Shown here piece by piece: positions 29,074 to 39,056 of a DNA stretch of 64,000 nucleotides; within the stretch, counting starts at the first letter, position 1, and each line of letters begins with the position of its first letter. The notes beneath the pieces are model-generated. The model was not told the DNA's origin and did not search any database. It saw only the letters and a program-made list of their open reading frames with translations. Both the position numbers and the translations under genes were made by a program. Location: positions 1-64,000 of the IMG/VR virus record IMGVR_UViG_3300025096_000009. One strand, 5' to 3'. This DNA comes from a virus.

Positions 29074-29394
29074 ATGGGCTTATCTACTTTCGGAGATATA
29101 GGGGCTCTTCAAAGACAGTTTGAAGATATTAAAGTTGAGATTGACAAACAGTTTGATAAGGCGATTTTAAAATTAGATGAGACAAGTTGGGAGATTATTC
29201 GTAAGAAAAGGGATTTTTTAATACGGACTACTGATTGGACAATGACACCAGGTTGTACTGTTGATCAAGCTGCTTGGTCTGCCTATAGACAGTCTTTGAG
29301 AGACATCCCACAAACTTATAGTGATTATGGAAGTGTCGTTTGGCCAAAAGCACCTACAACAAATGGTCCAAATACTAAATTTGAAGCGGAATAG
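29074..29394 (+). CDS. Tail fibre assembly chaperone
   Basis: IRKKRDFLIRTTDWT...WSAYRQSLRDIP...VVWP motif. Confidence 0.75.
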   Translation: MGLSTFGDIGALQRQFEDIKVEIDKQFDKAILKLDETSWEIIRKKRDFLIRTTDWTMTPGCTVDQAAWSAYRQSLRDIPQTYSDYGSVVWPKAPTTNGPNTKFEAE

Positions 29395-29443
29395 ATAAAT
29401 AGACTTCAAATACAATAGAGGATATAAGGTTTACTAAATACAA

Positions 29444-32323
29444 ATGTATATTGGGAATGATCTGCAAGTTGCGGAATCAGGCAACAAAATTATTGATGAT
29501 ATAAGCTCTAGTTTTAACGGGAGTACAACATCATTCGCGTTGCTGGTAGGTGGGGCAGCTCCTGTTCCTTTTCCAATCAATACTCAGCAGATTTATATAT
29601 CGGTCAACGGTGTACTTCAGGAACCAGATCCAACTGGTAGCGCAGGTTTTAAACTATTAGGAAATAATATTGTATTCAGTTCAGCTCCAGCTAATGGACA
29701 TGCTTTCTTTGGTGTCATCTTATCTGGTGCAGATTACGTCACAGTAGGTACGGAGTTCCCTGCAGGCAGTGCTACCGCTCCCTCTATTACCTTTGGAAAC
29801 GACGACAACACAGGACTATATTCTGTAACTGGTGGAACAGTAGGTTTCACTTCAGATGGTGTTCAAACCTTCACCATGGATAGTAATGGTTTTAACTTCC
29901 CTGATAGTAAGAAAGTAAACCTTGGATCTTCGTCGGATTTACAGCTTTATCATGACGGCTCCAATTCATACATAGAGGAAGCAGGAACAGGTAGTTTGTT
30001 TCTCCGAGCAACACCTTCTATTGAATTTAGAAAGGCAGGTGGTACTGAAAAGATGCTCTATGCGGAGCCTGATGCTCAAGTAGAACTCTATTATGACAAC
30101 ACCAAGCGTTTTGAAACCACTAACACAGGAACAAATGTTATCGGAATTCACGTAGACGATGGTGCTACACACGACGGAGATGTAACGTTTACTGGTGCAG
30201 CTGCTAGTGTTACGTGGGATAAGTCAGCAGATGATTTGATATTTAATGACAATGCAAAAGCCGCATTCGGTACTTCATCGGATTTAAATATCTATCATGA
30301 TGGATCTCATAGCTATATAGACAGTACTGGTACAGGTTATCTTCTTATACAAGACTCAGGAAACATATATATCAGAACTAATGATTTCCGTGTTCAAACA
30401 TCAGGTGGCAGTGAAACATGTATTACCTGTAGTGCAAACGGAGCAGTATCACTTAATTTTGACAATAGCACAAAATTTGCCACTACTTCAAGTGGTGCAA
30501 CGATAACAGGAGACCTAATTGTTGGTCAAATAACATCATCAGGTAACATAACGTCTAATGGTACGTACTTAACATTAACGGGTAATAGTTATAACGCATG
30601 GTGGGACAAAGCTGCTAGTGCTCTTGAGTTTCAAGATAATGCTAAGGCAACTTTTGGGACAGCAAATGATCTTCAAATTTATCATGATGGATCTAACTCA
30701 TATATAAAAGATGCAGGTACAGGTAATCTTTATATTTTCTCCGAAAACTTACGCATAGAAAATGCAGATGGAAGTGAGTCTTATATAGAAGCTAATGTTA
30801 ATGGGTCCGTAGAACTTTATTACGACAACTCAAAGAAATTTGAGACAACTTCAACGGGGGCTAAGGTCTCTAATGTTCTGGAAATAAATAGTAATGGAAC
30901 TTCAATTGCTGAAAATAATTTAAACTTCGAACCTTCTGGAAATGTTTATATTGATCATAGGACTACTTCACAAGATATAATTTTTAGGATGTCTAATTCT
31001 TCGGCGTTAGACACAACAGCATTAACAATAAAAGCTGACGGGTCTACTACACATCCCGATGCTATTAAGTCTAAATGGGGTGCTGGAGATGATCTTCAAA
31101 TCTACCATGATGGATCTAATAGTTATGTTCATAATGATAATGGATCTGGTAACTTCTATATACAAGGCGATGCTATTAGACTCAGATCAAAAACTGGTAC
31201 TGAAGATTATATAGTAGCTAATCATAATGGATCCGTAGAACTCTATTACGATAACGCTAAAACTTTTGAAACAGGTACAACAGGAGCAATCCTTAAAGGT
31301 GGTAATACAGGCGCAGCAACTGAATTACAAATTTTTGGTAATGAAGGTCAACGCGGTATATTACTGTTGGCTGCTGATGATGGAGATGATAATGCAGATT
31401 ATTGGCATTTTGAAGCAGGAACTGATGGAAACTTAAATATTCAAAATTACAGTGGAGGTTCTTGGGAAAATAGTTTACTTTTAAAAAGTGGTGCAGCCGT
31501 AGAACTCTATTATGATGACGCTAAGAAGTTAGAGACAACTTCAGCAGGTGCAACTGTAACAGGTAGTCAAAACTCAGCAGTTGAACTTAGGATAGAAAAT
31601 ACTAATAATAGTCAAAATGCTGCAATTGCAAAATTAAGCCTACATGGTGGTGATGCTGCAAACCAAGGACCAATAATAGAATTAGATAGAAATGGTGCTT
31701 ATCATCAAATAGAAGAAGATGCTTCTGGAAATTTAGATTTTAGTGATAACGGCACAGTTAAATATATAATGGAATCCGATGGTGATTTCCAAATATGTGA
31801 TGGCGATCTAATCATAGGAACTTCTGGTCACGGTATTGACTTTAGTGCTACAGGTGGTCCTACTGGTACCGGGGCTTCAAGTGATTCAGAAGTTCTTTCG
31901 GACTATGAACATGGGACATGGGTTCCTCTTTTAAGGAATGGAACTAATGAGATTACCTATACAACTGGTAATGCTTCTACAAAGTTTACCTACGTAAAAA
32001 TTGGTAGATTAGTCCATTTAACTTTTTGCTTAAACAATGAAACTACAGCAGGAACTACAGGTGGTAGTAGCAGTTTCCAAATACTAAATGCTCCTTTTGC
32101 TCCCGCTGCTGAGAGGATTATAAGTACACAAGTGCTTTGGTATGCTACTGGATTGCGTATAAACCAAACACCTATCTTTATGCACCTTCATACCGCTGGT
32201 AATTTTGAGGCATATAGAATGGTTTCTGCTACTGGTGGTTATACTTCAAATAATTGTGAAGTTGAGCAGGTCGGAGCTAGTAGTTATATGTTCTGGCGTA
32301 TGAGTTATGAAACCAGTTCATAG
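29444..32323 (+). CDS. Modular tail fibre 1
   Basis: DDISSSFNG N-terminus, repeated DLQIYHDG...VELYYDN modules, GIDFSA...YEHGTW...YVKIG tip. Confidence 0.85.
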   Translation: MYIGNDLQVAESGNKIIDDISSSFNGSTTSFALLVGGAAPVPFPINTQQIYISVNGVLQEPDPTGSAGFKLLGNNIVFSSAPANGHAFFGVILSGADYVTVGTEFPAGSATAPSITFGNDDNTGLYSVTGGTVGFTSDGVQTFTMDSNGFNFPDSKKVNLGSSSDLQLYHDGSNSYIEEAGTGSLFLRATPSIEFRKAGGTEKMLYAEPDAQVELYYDNTKRFETTNTGTNVIGIHVDDGATHDGDVTFTGAAASVTWDKSADDLIFNDNAKAAFGTSSDLNIYHDGSHSYIDSTGTGYLLIQDSGNIYIRTNDFRVQTSGGSETCITCSANGAVSLNFDNSTKFATTSSGATITGDLIVGQITSSGNITSNGTYLTLTGNSYNAWWDKAASALEFQDNAKATFGTANDLQIYHDGSNSYIKDAGTGNLYIFSENLRIENADGSESYIEANVNGSVELYYDNSKKFETTSTGAKVSNVLEINSNGTSIAENNLNFEPSGNVYIDHRTTSQDIIFRMSNSSALDTTALTIKADGSTTHPDAIKSKWGAGDDLQIYHDGSNSYVHNDNGSGNFYIQGDAIRLRSKTGTEDYIVANHNGSVELYYDNAKTFETGTTGAILKGGNTGAATELQIFGNEGQRGILLLAADDGDDNADYWHFEAGTDGNLNIQNYSGGSWENSLLLKSGAAVELYYDDAKKLETTSAGATVTGSQNSAVELRIENTNNSQNAAIAKLSLHGGDAANQGPIIELDRNGAYHQIEEDASGNLDFSDNGTVKYIMESDGDFQICDGDLIIGTSGHGIDFSATGGPTGTGASSDSEVLSDYEHGTWVPLLRNGTNEITYTTGNASTKFTYVKIGRLVHLTFCLNNETTAGTTGGSSSFQILNAPFAPAAERIISTQVLWYATGLRINQTPIFMHLHTAGNFEAYRMVSATGGYTSNNCEVEQVGASSYMFWRMSYETSS
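30080..31520 (+). repeat. In-frame CCGTAGAACT(C/T)TATTA cores in fibre 1
   Basis: Cores at 30807, 31233, 31497; partial core at 30080. Confidence 0.85.
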
Positions 32324-32354
32324 ACCGTAGCTAAATCTTTAAATAAGGAGAGTA

Positions 32355-32846
32355 ATGAAAGCACCAACTACTAATAATTGCTATAATTTTCGAGTTATAT
32401 CGATAGATAAGATTGTAGATGGTGACACAATAGATGTCACTTTCGATTTAGGCTTTGGTATTTGTAAATCTGAAAGAATTAGAGTAGCTGGTATTGATAG
32501 TCCAGAGAAAAGAACACGTAATCTTGAAGAGAAAGAATTAGGAATAGAAGCGAGTGAATGGCTTGAATGTCAATTAGAAGGCGCCATAGCAGGTGATGAA
32601 GATTTAGTGATTAAAACTGAATTAGAAGGAGGTAAAGGTAAATTCGGAAGGCTTTTAGGTTGGCTTTATATTGGCTATCCTGAATGTGAAAAAGATTGTA
32701 AGTGTAATTGCCATCATCAAGTCTCTATCAACGAGACAATGGTGGAAAAGGGATATGCATGGGAGTATGATGGCGGTACCAAATCCAAAGATCTCGAATC
32801 TTTAAGAGAAGTTCGTAGATCTCAGGGTACATTAATTTCTGAGTAA
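32355..32846 (+). CDS. Thermonuclease (SNase) family protein
   Basis: IVDGDTIDV, RIRVAGIDSPE, GKFGRLLG, INETMVEKGYA. Confidence 0.85.
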   Translation: MKAPTTNNCYNFRVISIDKIVDGDTIDVTFDLGFGICKSERIRVAGIDSPEKRTRNLEEKELGIEASEWLECQLEGAIAGDEDLVIKTELEGGKGKFGRLLGWLYIGYPECEKDCKCNCHHQVSINETMVEKGYAWEYDGGTKSKDLESLREVRRSQGTLISE

Positions 32847-32849
32847 ATC

Positions 32850-33092
32850 ATGCAAAAAGTTGTTAACATCATCGCTATTTCGTCTGGTGTTGTATCTCTT
32901 GCCGTTATTGGGAGTGGTTTATTTATATACCTACAAAGAGATAAACTCGTTGATAGCGTTAAGACTCAAGTACTTAAATCAGTTGGTGGAGCACTACCTG
33001 GTTTAGTTGATACGAAGCTTCCCAGCATGACAGGACCTGCATTAGCTCCACCAGCTGCTCCTGCGCCTAAAGGCTTTGGTATACCTAGATAG
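32850..33092 (+). CDS. Membrane-anchored small protein
   Basis: N-terminal TM, Pro-rich tail. Confidence 0.6.
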   Translation: MQKVVNIIAISSGVVSLAVIGSGLFIYLQRDKLVDSVKTQVLKSVGGALPGLVDTKLPSMTGPALAPPAAPAPKGFGIPR

Positions 33093-33859
33093 TGGACGAG
33101 ATACCTGATATTCAGGTTGAACCAATAAATACATTTTTTGTTCCAGTAAGTACTCTTCCAACTGAGTTTCTACTTCCTGCTGCACCTCCTGTAACTGTAA
33201 TTATTGGTATTCCTGTAGTAGAGATGCCGGGATGTGTTGAATGGCATCCTGATGATAAGAGAGCAGGTAATTTACCGATAGAAGATGATAAAGGCGTAAG
33301 AACTTTATGCCCCAATGGACAGTATCCAAGCTTTAATGCGATGGATTACTCTCCAGAGGATTTACTTTATACGTCGGAGGCGCCACCACCTGCATATAAG
33401 TCTCCACCACCTCCTGAAGCTCCTGAGACAGGCGTTCCTGAGATTCCTAAGGAAGAAGTACCATGCCCTGGTCCTAATGCTCCTCGTATAGGAGACGTTG
33501 CTCAGAACCAGAAAGAGAAGGTTTCAGGGTTCAAATTAAATGAGAGTAAAACTATTTGCATTACGTTGTACGAAGATATAGGACCCGTTGAACAATTCCT
33601 ACCATCTCCTCAAGTTGTAGCAACAACTGCTACGATTGCGACGGTGGCCACGACATCGGCCCTCCTAGCAAAGCCTTTGGCTGATCTTCTTCTGAAGGTT
33701 GTGAAGCCTGCCGTGAAAAAGGCCATCGGAGCCATCCAAACCAAGCTTGGTCGGAAACCTCGGAAGTTATCTCTTTCGGAGATACAGGCGAATCGTTATC
33801 GGGAGAAGAAGGGTTTACTTCCGTTGAAGGAGTTGAAGAAGAAGAAGAAGGTGAAATAG
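33092..33859 (+). CDS. Pro-rich protein with Cys pairs, C-terminal hydrophobic helix and basic tail
   Basis: GCVEWHP, LCPNG, PCPG, VVATTATIATVATTSALLA...KKKKVK. Confidence 0.6.
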   Translation: MDEIPDIQVEPINTFFVPVSTLPTEFLLPAAPPVTVIIGIPVVEMPGCVEWHPDDKRAGNLPIEDDKGVRTLCPNGQYPSFNAMDYSPEDLLYTSEAPPPAYKSPPPPEAPETGVPEIPKEEVPCPGPNAPRIGDVAQNQKEKVSGFKLNESKTICITLYEDIGPVEQFLPSPQVVATTATIATVATTSALLAKPLADLLLKVVKPAVKKAIGAIQTKLGRKPRKLSLSEIQANRYREKKGLLPLKELKKKKKVK

Positions 33860-34670
33860 TATGTTGGTGAGGACCTACTACACCTGGTGGATTTACTAAT
33901 ATTACGTCTGAACATATCACTGCTGATTTGGATTTTGGATGAAAGCGTATTCCAGCCTTTAGGAGTTCAGCACAATTTTTAAGTCTTGCAATTTCGAAAT
34001 CTAATCTTTTATTAGCAACTAGTTGATTGGTATATTTAATTCTTGAATCCACGGCCCTTTTACATCTTGACTGCAATGATCCATCGAGGGGAATTGAGAT
34101 GGTAGCGGAGAGCCCATAATTAAAGTTGAACTGATCCTTCTGTCCTGTTCTTGTGGGTACATGATACAAGATGGATCCTGGATTATCGACGACCCCATCG
34201 TTATTGCCGTCAGAAACGTCGTATACAGGATCATTATAGTAATATTCTCTTGGTTCCTGCCAGCTGGTGCTGTCGGTCAAAAATGGCGTGATGTTTAGAG
34301 TAGGACCCTGACAGCTGATTCCGTCCCCATAGGTGTTGGTAATGTACGGTCCTTGCAAAACCTGGATGGCTTGGTTGGTAACAGAACCTGAGCTATTAGC
34401 CACAGGATTAGCAGTGGCGCTAACACCGCCAACGTCGCCCGCGCGTACTGCTGTGGGGAATAGTGCATTCGCATTGAGTAATACTAATAGAAGGTAGCTT
34501 AGTTGCTGAACGTTGACGTTGTATCTGTGACGCTTTGGATCTCTGTGACTCTCTGAATTATTGTCTGGTTGACCATTCCGGGTGCTCGATACGTTTCGGT
34601 GAATTGGAAGCTGCCACCAGGATTTGCTATCGTCCAATTGGGTTTGTTTGCAGCATCTAGACCCGTCCAT
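33630..34670 (-). CDS. Exported/membrane-tethered protein, overlapped at both ends
   Basis: Internal signal-like LSYLLLVLLNANALFPTAVRA, then SATANPVANSSGSVTNQA, Cys pairs. Confidence 0.6.
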   Translation of the reverse strand: MDGSRCCKQTQLDDSKSWWQLPIHRNVSSTRNGQPDNNSESHRDPKRHRYNVNVQQLSYLLLVLLNANALFPTAVRAGDVGGVSATANPVANSSGSVTNQAIQVLQGPYITNTYGDGISCQGPTLNITPFLTDSTSWQEPREYYYNDPVYDVSDGNNDGVVDNPGSILYHVPTRTGQKDQFNFNYGLSATISIPLDGSLQSRCKRAVDSRIKYTNQLVANKRLDFEIARLKNCAELLKAGIRFHPKSKSAVICSDVILVNPPGVVGPHQHTISPSSSSSTPSTEVNPSSPDNDSPVSPKEITSEVSDQAWFGWLRWPFSRQASQPSEEDQPKALLGGPMSWPPSQS

Positions 34671-34930
34671 GTCGAAGTAACGCCTTGAAGAGTGTTGCTA
34701 TTTCCTGTTACTGAATCAGGAGATATACTTGCACCTGAATGCTGAACATTTGTGCCGGTCACAGTATACTGCCACCCTGTTTGGTAATCAATCGCATTAA
34801 TTGTCTCTGTCACTTTCGATGTAGTTTCCGTATGGCTAGTCATACCTCCTTGCGTGAAGTTTGGAATTACGGGAACTGCTCCAGCTTCAGGTATAAACAG
34901 TAGTGATAAGAAGAATAATAGCCGTTTCAT
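34499..34930 (-). CDS. Secreted Thr-rich beta protein
   Basis: Sec signal MKRLLFFLSLLFIPEAGA. Confidence 0.7.
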   Translation of the reverse strand: MKRLLFFLSLLFIPEAGAVPVIPNFTQGGMTSHTETTSKVTETINAIDYQTGWQYTVTGTNVQHSGASISPDSVTGNSNTLQGVTSTWTGLDAANKPNWTIANPGGSFQFTETYRAPGMVNQTIIQRVTEIQSVTDTTSTFSN

Positions 34931-34939
34931 AGTAGCTCA

Positions 34940-35452
34940 TTAATCTCCGATAACTACCTCGCTAACGAATTGACCCGTAGCTGTAGTACCAGCGCCTCCA
35001 GCGGTTAGCGTAACCACACCAGCACTAGTAAGAGTCCCTGCCAAAGTACCTGCCACACCACCAGATTGCGTAGTCTGTACACCATATGCTGGCATGTCTG
35101 CTACAACTCCAGCCGTAACGTCAACACCTGCACCCATTGCATTTATGGCGTCTCCTTGATTATAGCTAGTTGAAAAACTGAAGGCAGATCCTGCGGTATT
35201 TATGTCATAAGTACCTACATCAAGAGTCGGTGCAGCAGTGGCGCTACCAGCAGTTAGAGCACCGAAGTGACCACTATTTGAAGTATCTACTTTTATATTT
35301 GATCCTGAGACTGTATAAGTTGAACCTAATCTAGTTCCACTTGTTGCTGCTCCATTAACTGTGAGCTGAGTACTTGTCGATAAGCGATGAACGAGATCTG
35401 CTCTTACCGGAGAGGCACTAAACAATATTAATAATGGGATTAACTTCCACAT
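34940..35452 (-). CDS. Secreted Gly/Ala/Thr-rich beta protein
   Basis: Sec signal MWKLIPLLILFSASPVRA. Confidence 0.7.
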   Translation of the reverse strand: MWKLIPLLILFSASPVRADLVHRLSTSTQLTVNGAATSGTRLGSTYTVSGSNIKVDTSNSGHFGALTAGSATAAPTLDVGTYDINTAGSAFSFSTSYNQGDAINAMGAGVDVTAGVVADMPAYGVQTTQSGGVAGTLAGTLTSAGVVTLTAGGAGTTATGQFVSEVVIGD

Positions 35453-35523
35453 GATGAGTAATAATTCTTTGGCGCAATATAAGTTTACCTGAGGTTAAAC
35501 TTAATACGTATTGCTACTATACG

Positions 35524-35988
35524 ATGCCTGAGAATGTAATTAAAGATCCTATAAAAGAGGATAGTTCTAAGAAGAAAAGTGTTCTTGGAAAAATGAAAGA
35601 TGCCCTTCTTCCTGATCAAGAAGAACAGGCCGCAATCATATCTACAGGTGTGAGAATCGTAGTACTTGGGTGGTCCGGTGCGATCTTGACTTTAAACTAC
35701 GTTTCCATCCCAGGAATACCTCAACAGAAAATAGATCCAACCTTCATAGCTTCAGTGTTCACGGGGGTTTTGGCGTCTTTTGGGATCGCTACAGCTAGTA
35801 AAAAAGGCGATGGCACGATGAAAATGAATGGTGATAGTAATGGGCAAGTAAGTAAGAAAGATATGGAGTCAATGATTGAAAAAGCAACTGCTAATTCTGC
35901 TGTACAAACTATTAGAATTGAGCAAGCTCCGTTAGTAATTAAGGCTGAAAGTCCTAATTCTAAAGATCCTACAAAATATGAGTTGTAA
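35524..35988 (+). CDS. Two-TM membrane protein (holin-like)
   Basis: VRIVVLGWSGAILTL and IDPTFIASVFTGVLASFGI segments; upstream of the C39-like gene. Confidence 0.5.
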   Translation: MPENVIKDPIKEDSSKKKSVLGKMKDALLPDQEEQAAIISTGVRIVVLGWSGAILTLNYVSIPGIPQQKIDPTFIASVFTGVLASFGIATASKKGDGTMKMNGDSNGQVSKKDMESMIEKATANSAVQTIRIEQAPLVIKAESPNSKDPTKYEL

Positions 35989-36032
35989 TTGAGTAAGGTC
36001 TAGGTAATATATGGACAGCATTTCATCTTCAT

Positions 36033-36830
36033 GTGCCGAACCTTCATTGGGGATGGGTTTCTGTGGTGTCCAAGAGCCCTACTTGGTTAAAGAAGCGTCC
36101 TGTCGATGTAAGTGATCTTGAGTCCGATGAAAAAGCTGAAGTATGTCCAGCTAGGCCAATAAGGCGCTGTAAAGTTTTAGATCGTAAAAATGACCATACA
36201 CAGTTAGAAACAGGTTTAGGGAAGTGGTGGATATCTGATGAGCATTGGTATGGTTTAACTGATGAGACGCCAGATGTCCCTTATTCAATAGATAGAGATT
36301 TGATCTATTTGAAGGACTTTCCTTACTATTATCAAGAGTCTGATAAGTGGGATGATAGTGCAGTTTTTACATTTTCAATGTGTTTGAAATACCTTAAAAC
36401 ACCTAGTATTAACGGTGTTATGGATTATCTAGATGTCCTTAATAAGCATGGTAAGAGTACTTCTAGAGAGGCAAATATGAAGTCTTTAGTCGAGTTTGGT
36501 AGGAAAGCTACTTTCACATATTCTGCTGATCCTCAAGACGTTAAGGACCAGATAAATAGAGGGTTACCAGTAGCAGCTAGTCTCTTATCCAAGGGTGATA
36601 TTACAAACCCAAATAGAGGAACACATCTTGTAGCTATTACTGGATATGGCGATGGATATTGGTTAGTTCAGGATCCTTTCGGAGAAATGGATCTAATTAA
36701 TGGCTTATGGTCTGATAGAAGTCCTAGGTCTGGTCAGAATGTTAAATATAATTTTGAGCAGATGGATAGACGTTTATTTGCTAGTGGCGGGGCATCCGGT
36801 TGGTGTTGGGTTAATTTCCGAAAATGTTGA
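36033..36830 (+). CDS. Peptidase C39-like protein, catalytic Cys apparently replaced
   Basis: PYYYQ, GLPV, HLVAITGY, QDPFG, GW motifs; Ser at the expected Cys. Confidence 0.6.
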   Translation: MPNLHWGWVSVVSKSPTWLKKRPVDVSDLESDEKAEVCPARPIRRCKVLDRKNDHTQLETGLGKWWISDEHWYGLTDETPDVPYSIDRDLIYLKDFPYYYQESDKWDDSAVFTFSMCLKYLKTPSINGVMDYLDVLNKHGKSTSREANMKSLVEFGRKATFTYSADPQDVKDQINRGLPVAASLLSKGDITNPNRGTHLVAITGYGDGYWLVQDPFGEMDLINGLWSDRSPRSGQNVKYNFEQMDRRLFASGGASGWCWVNFRKC

Positions 36831-36892
36831 GTCCTCTGTAAAGATTAGGGAGGGTTATTCTCATCTGAGATGTCAATTTACACTTTCGAATC

Positions 36893-37099
36893 ATGACCGA
36901 CGCTCCGAAATCATTAGATGATCAGTTACAAGATCAGCGTGAGCAACTAGAGACAACAATAAAAGATCTTGAAGCGCAGATTATGCGCGCTAAAGAAGCT
37001 TATTTGAAAATTTTAGGTGCTCAGGAATTCTCTGCAATTCAAAAACAACAAGCTGCAGCAGCTGAAGAAAACACCACTACCGAGGTCGTAGACCCCTAG
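36893..37099 (+). CDS. Small coiled-coil protein
   Basis: Heptad pattern, LKILGAQE. Confidence 0.6.
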   Translation: MTDAPKSLDDQLQDQREQLETTIKDLEAQIMRAKEAYLKILGAQEFSAIQKQQAAAAEENTTTEVVDP

Positions 37100-37103
37100 A
37101 ACC

Positions 37104-37340
37104 ATGTTAGGCGAGTTGAACAAAAGTAGATATCGTGCCCTCGAGTTACTAGCGGAGCATGTACGTGCTCCATCTCGTGAACTCTCCATTAACGCAATCG
37201 TTAGTGATATTAGTGACGAAGACCTCCGCTGGGTTACTGATCGTATTCATTACTATCTTCTTAAATTATTGGAAGATGCGGAGAATGATCCAATAGAAGA
37301 GGAAATTATAACTATTTCAGAAGAAGCAGAGATTTGTTAA
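37104..37340 (+). CDS. Hypothetical protein
   Basis: ORF. Confidence 0.55.
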   Translation: MLGELNKSRYRALELLAEHVRAPSRELSINAIVSDISDEDLRWVTDRIHYYLLKLLEDAENDPIEEEIITISEEAEIC

Positions 37341-37370
37341 ACTGAAGTATTCGATTAATTATTTTTTCTC

Positions 37371-37544
37371 GTGGAACCTAAACGTGATCCTTATGAATTT
37401 TTACGTGAGAGAGCGTTAAAAGTTGCTGATGAGATGGAAGATCATAGAAATGAGAGAGACGTGAATATTGGACGTCGGGCAATTGCAGGTGAAAAGCCAT
37501 CTACTGTCAGAGAAAAGATGGATGACAGAGTCATTACTACTTAA
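37371..37544 (+). CDS. 57-aa charged protein
   Basis: Hand translation MEPKRDPYEFLRERALKVADEMEDHRNE...; fills the gap in the operon. Confidence 0.45.
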   Translation: MEPKRDPYEFLRERALKVADEMEDHRNERDVNIGRRAIAGEKPSTVREKMDDRVITT

Positions 37545-37558
37545 TTGAGGATAGTGCT

Positions 37559-37813
37559 ATGAATGAACCATTGTGGGGGCCATTAAAGAAAGAGCACAGT
37601 TCCGGTACGAATTCATGGGGGTCTAGTCAATGGGCTAAATCTTTAGGTGCTGCTAATGCATTTCAAAGTCTTCGCGCTAGCGATTTATTAAAACAAATGG
37701 ATAGACAATATATTCCAAAGTCAACTCTTTTAGGACAATATTGGGATCAAGCCGGAAACCCTACAGATGGTCCAGCTTTGCACGAATCTGGTTTAACTAA
37801 GTTTGGATTCTAA
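37559..37813 (+). CDS. Hypothetical protein
   Basis: GAGG RBS. Confidence 0.45.
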   Translation: MNEPLWGPLKKEHSSGTNSWGSSQWAKSLGAANAFQSLRASDLLKQMDRQYIPKSTLLGQYWDQAGNPTDGPALHESGLTKFGF

Positions 37814-38620
37814 TTAAATTAGTGACCAGCTCCTCCACCATTTAGTTATTACATACTTATTACCTTTTATTGGAGGTAAAGCTTCGTGCATAGTTTTATA
37901 GTTAGGTTTTCCATTTTGATATAAATTATTCCATGCAAGTAGAAGACCTTGTTCTGGCCGAACTTTTAGATTAAGGCGTTTGAAATAAGTTTCTCCTCCC
38001 TCTTCAACGTCATTTAAGTAAATCAGGGTTGTCCATGTACGTTGCCCCATCCATTCGCAATACACTTGATATTGTTTCTTACTCCTTGGTGGGAAGAAAT
38101 CCCAATGCTCTTTATAATACTGGCCTGGACTATATTTTTGAGCTTGTAAAGCTTCTCCTAAGAAAGGATCTAGCTCCATTAAGTCTTCTAGCTTCTCGTC
38201 TAAATCTAAAATTAACTCTGCTGGAAAGTCATGTAAATCTGCCGTTTCGCTAGTTCTATAGTCAGATGTTAGAGCTGAATCAGTGTCGTTTGCGAGAGTA
38301 GATTTTCTAGTAGATTTATTTATACATTCAATTATGTCTTTGCATTCTCCAGGGGAGAGAAATTCATTATATGCATACACTTGTGTAAAGGGATAGTTAA
38401 GTTTATCTGCCTTTTCTTCTATGGGATTGTCATAGAATGCTCCATAGTTAATCCATTCAGGTTCCTCTTTGAAGTTACACAGTTGAAGTAGATCTTCAAT
38501 ATCTTGATCACTTAGTTCGTAGGCTTCTTTAAAAGATCTTAAGAGTTGTTTCTTAGTAACACCACATAATGCAGATCTAGTAAGAGGTTTGACTAATGAT
38601 GCTAATTCAGAGGTATTCAT
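37814..38620 (-). CDS. 2OG-Fe(II) oxygenase, prolyl 4-hydroxylase-like
   Basis: YRTS, HWD (HxD), RTWTTLIYLNDVEEGGETYF, HEALP, KYVITKW. Confidence 0.88.
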   Translation of the reverse strand: MNTSELASLVKPLTRSALCGVTKKQLLRSFKEAYELSDQDIEDLLQLCNFKEEPEWINYGAFYDNPIEEKADKLNYPFTQVYAYNEFLSPGECKDIIECINKSTRKSTLANDTDSALTSDYRTSETADLHDFPAELILDLDEKLEDLMELDPFLGEALQAQKYSPGQYYKEHWDFFPPRSKKQYQVYCEWMGQRTWTTLIYLNDVEEGGETYFKRLNLKVRPEQGLLLAWNNLYQNGKPNYKTMHEALPPIKGNKYVITKWWRSWSLI

Positions 38621-38835
38621 TTTTAAGTTCCATTACTCGTAGAATATGTGAGTGTAACTATATGTGCAAGTGGAGTTAATTGTTCTCAACTTCATAGTAA
38701 TATTTGGAGGAAGCTACGGAATAAGTACGCTTCTTCTTAGCCGTAGTGAAAAGAAACGCAGTGGTAGCCGTTCTAGGCGAGGAATTGCAGCGTCAGTTCA
38801 TCGCTGGTAATATAAAGATAAGGTTCAAACTTTTT

Positions 38836-39051
38836 ATGGATGCATTAGAGCTTCCGGTTGACGTAGAATTCACTATTCACGCTGCCTCTCTAGCGATTCA
38901 AAATCTGGATCGCTCAGATCTAGAGGAGGCTTTCGTTGAAATGCTCCACCAAAAAGCGTTAGATAAGCAGATGTTTTTTAACATTCTGAAGGACCACGGC
39001 ATTGATGCCGACATTAAATTCAACATCTCCACGATGGGACAGATCTCCTAA
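38836..39051 (+). CDS. nblA: NblA-like phycobilisome degradation protein 1
   Basis: LELPVDVEFTIHAASLAIQNLDRSDLEEAFVEMLHQ...FFNILK fits the NblA LxLxxxF helix-loop-helix pattern; start reassigned to ATG 38836. Confidence 0.55.
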   Translation: MDALELPVDVEFTIHAASLAIQNLDRSDLEEAFVEMLHQKALDKQMFFNILKDHGIDADIKFNISTMGQIS

Positions 39052-39056
39052 ATACC

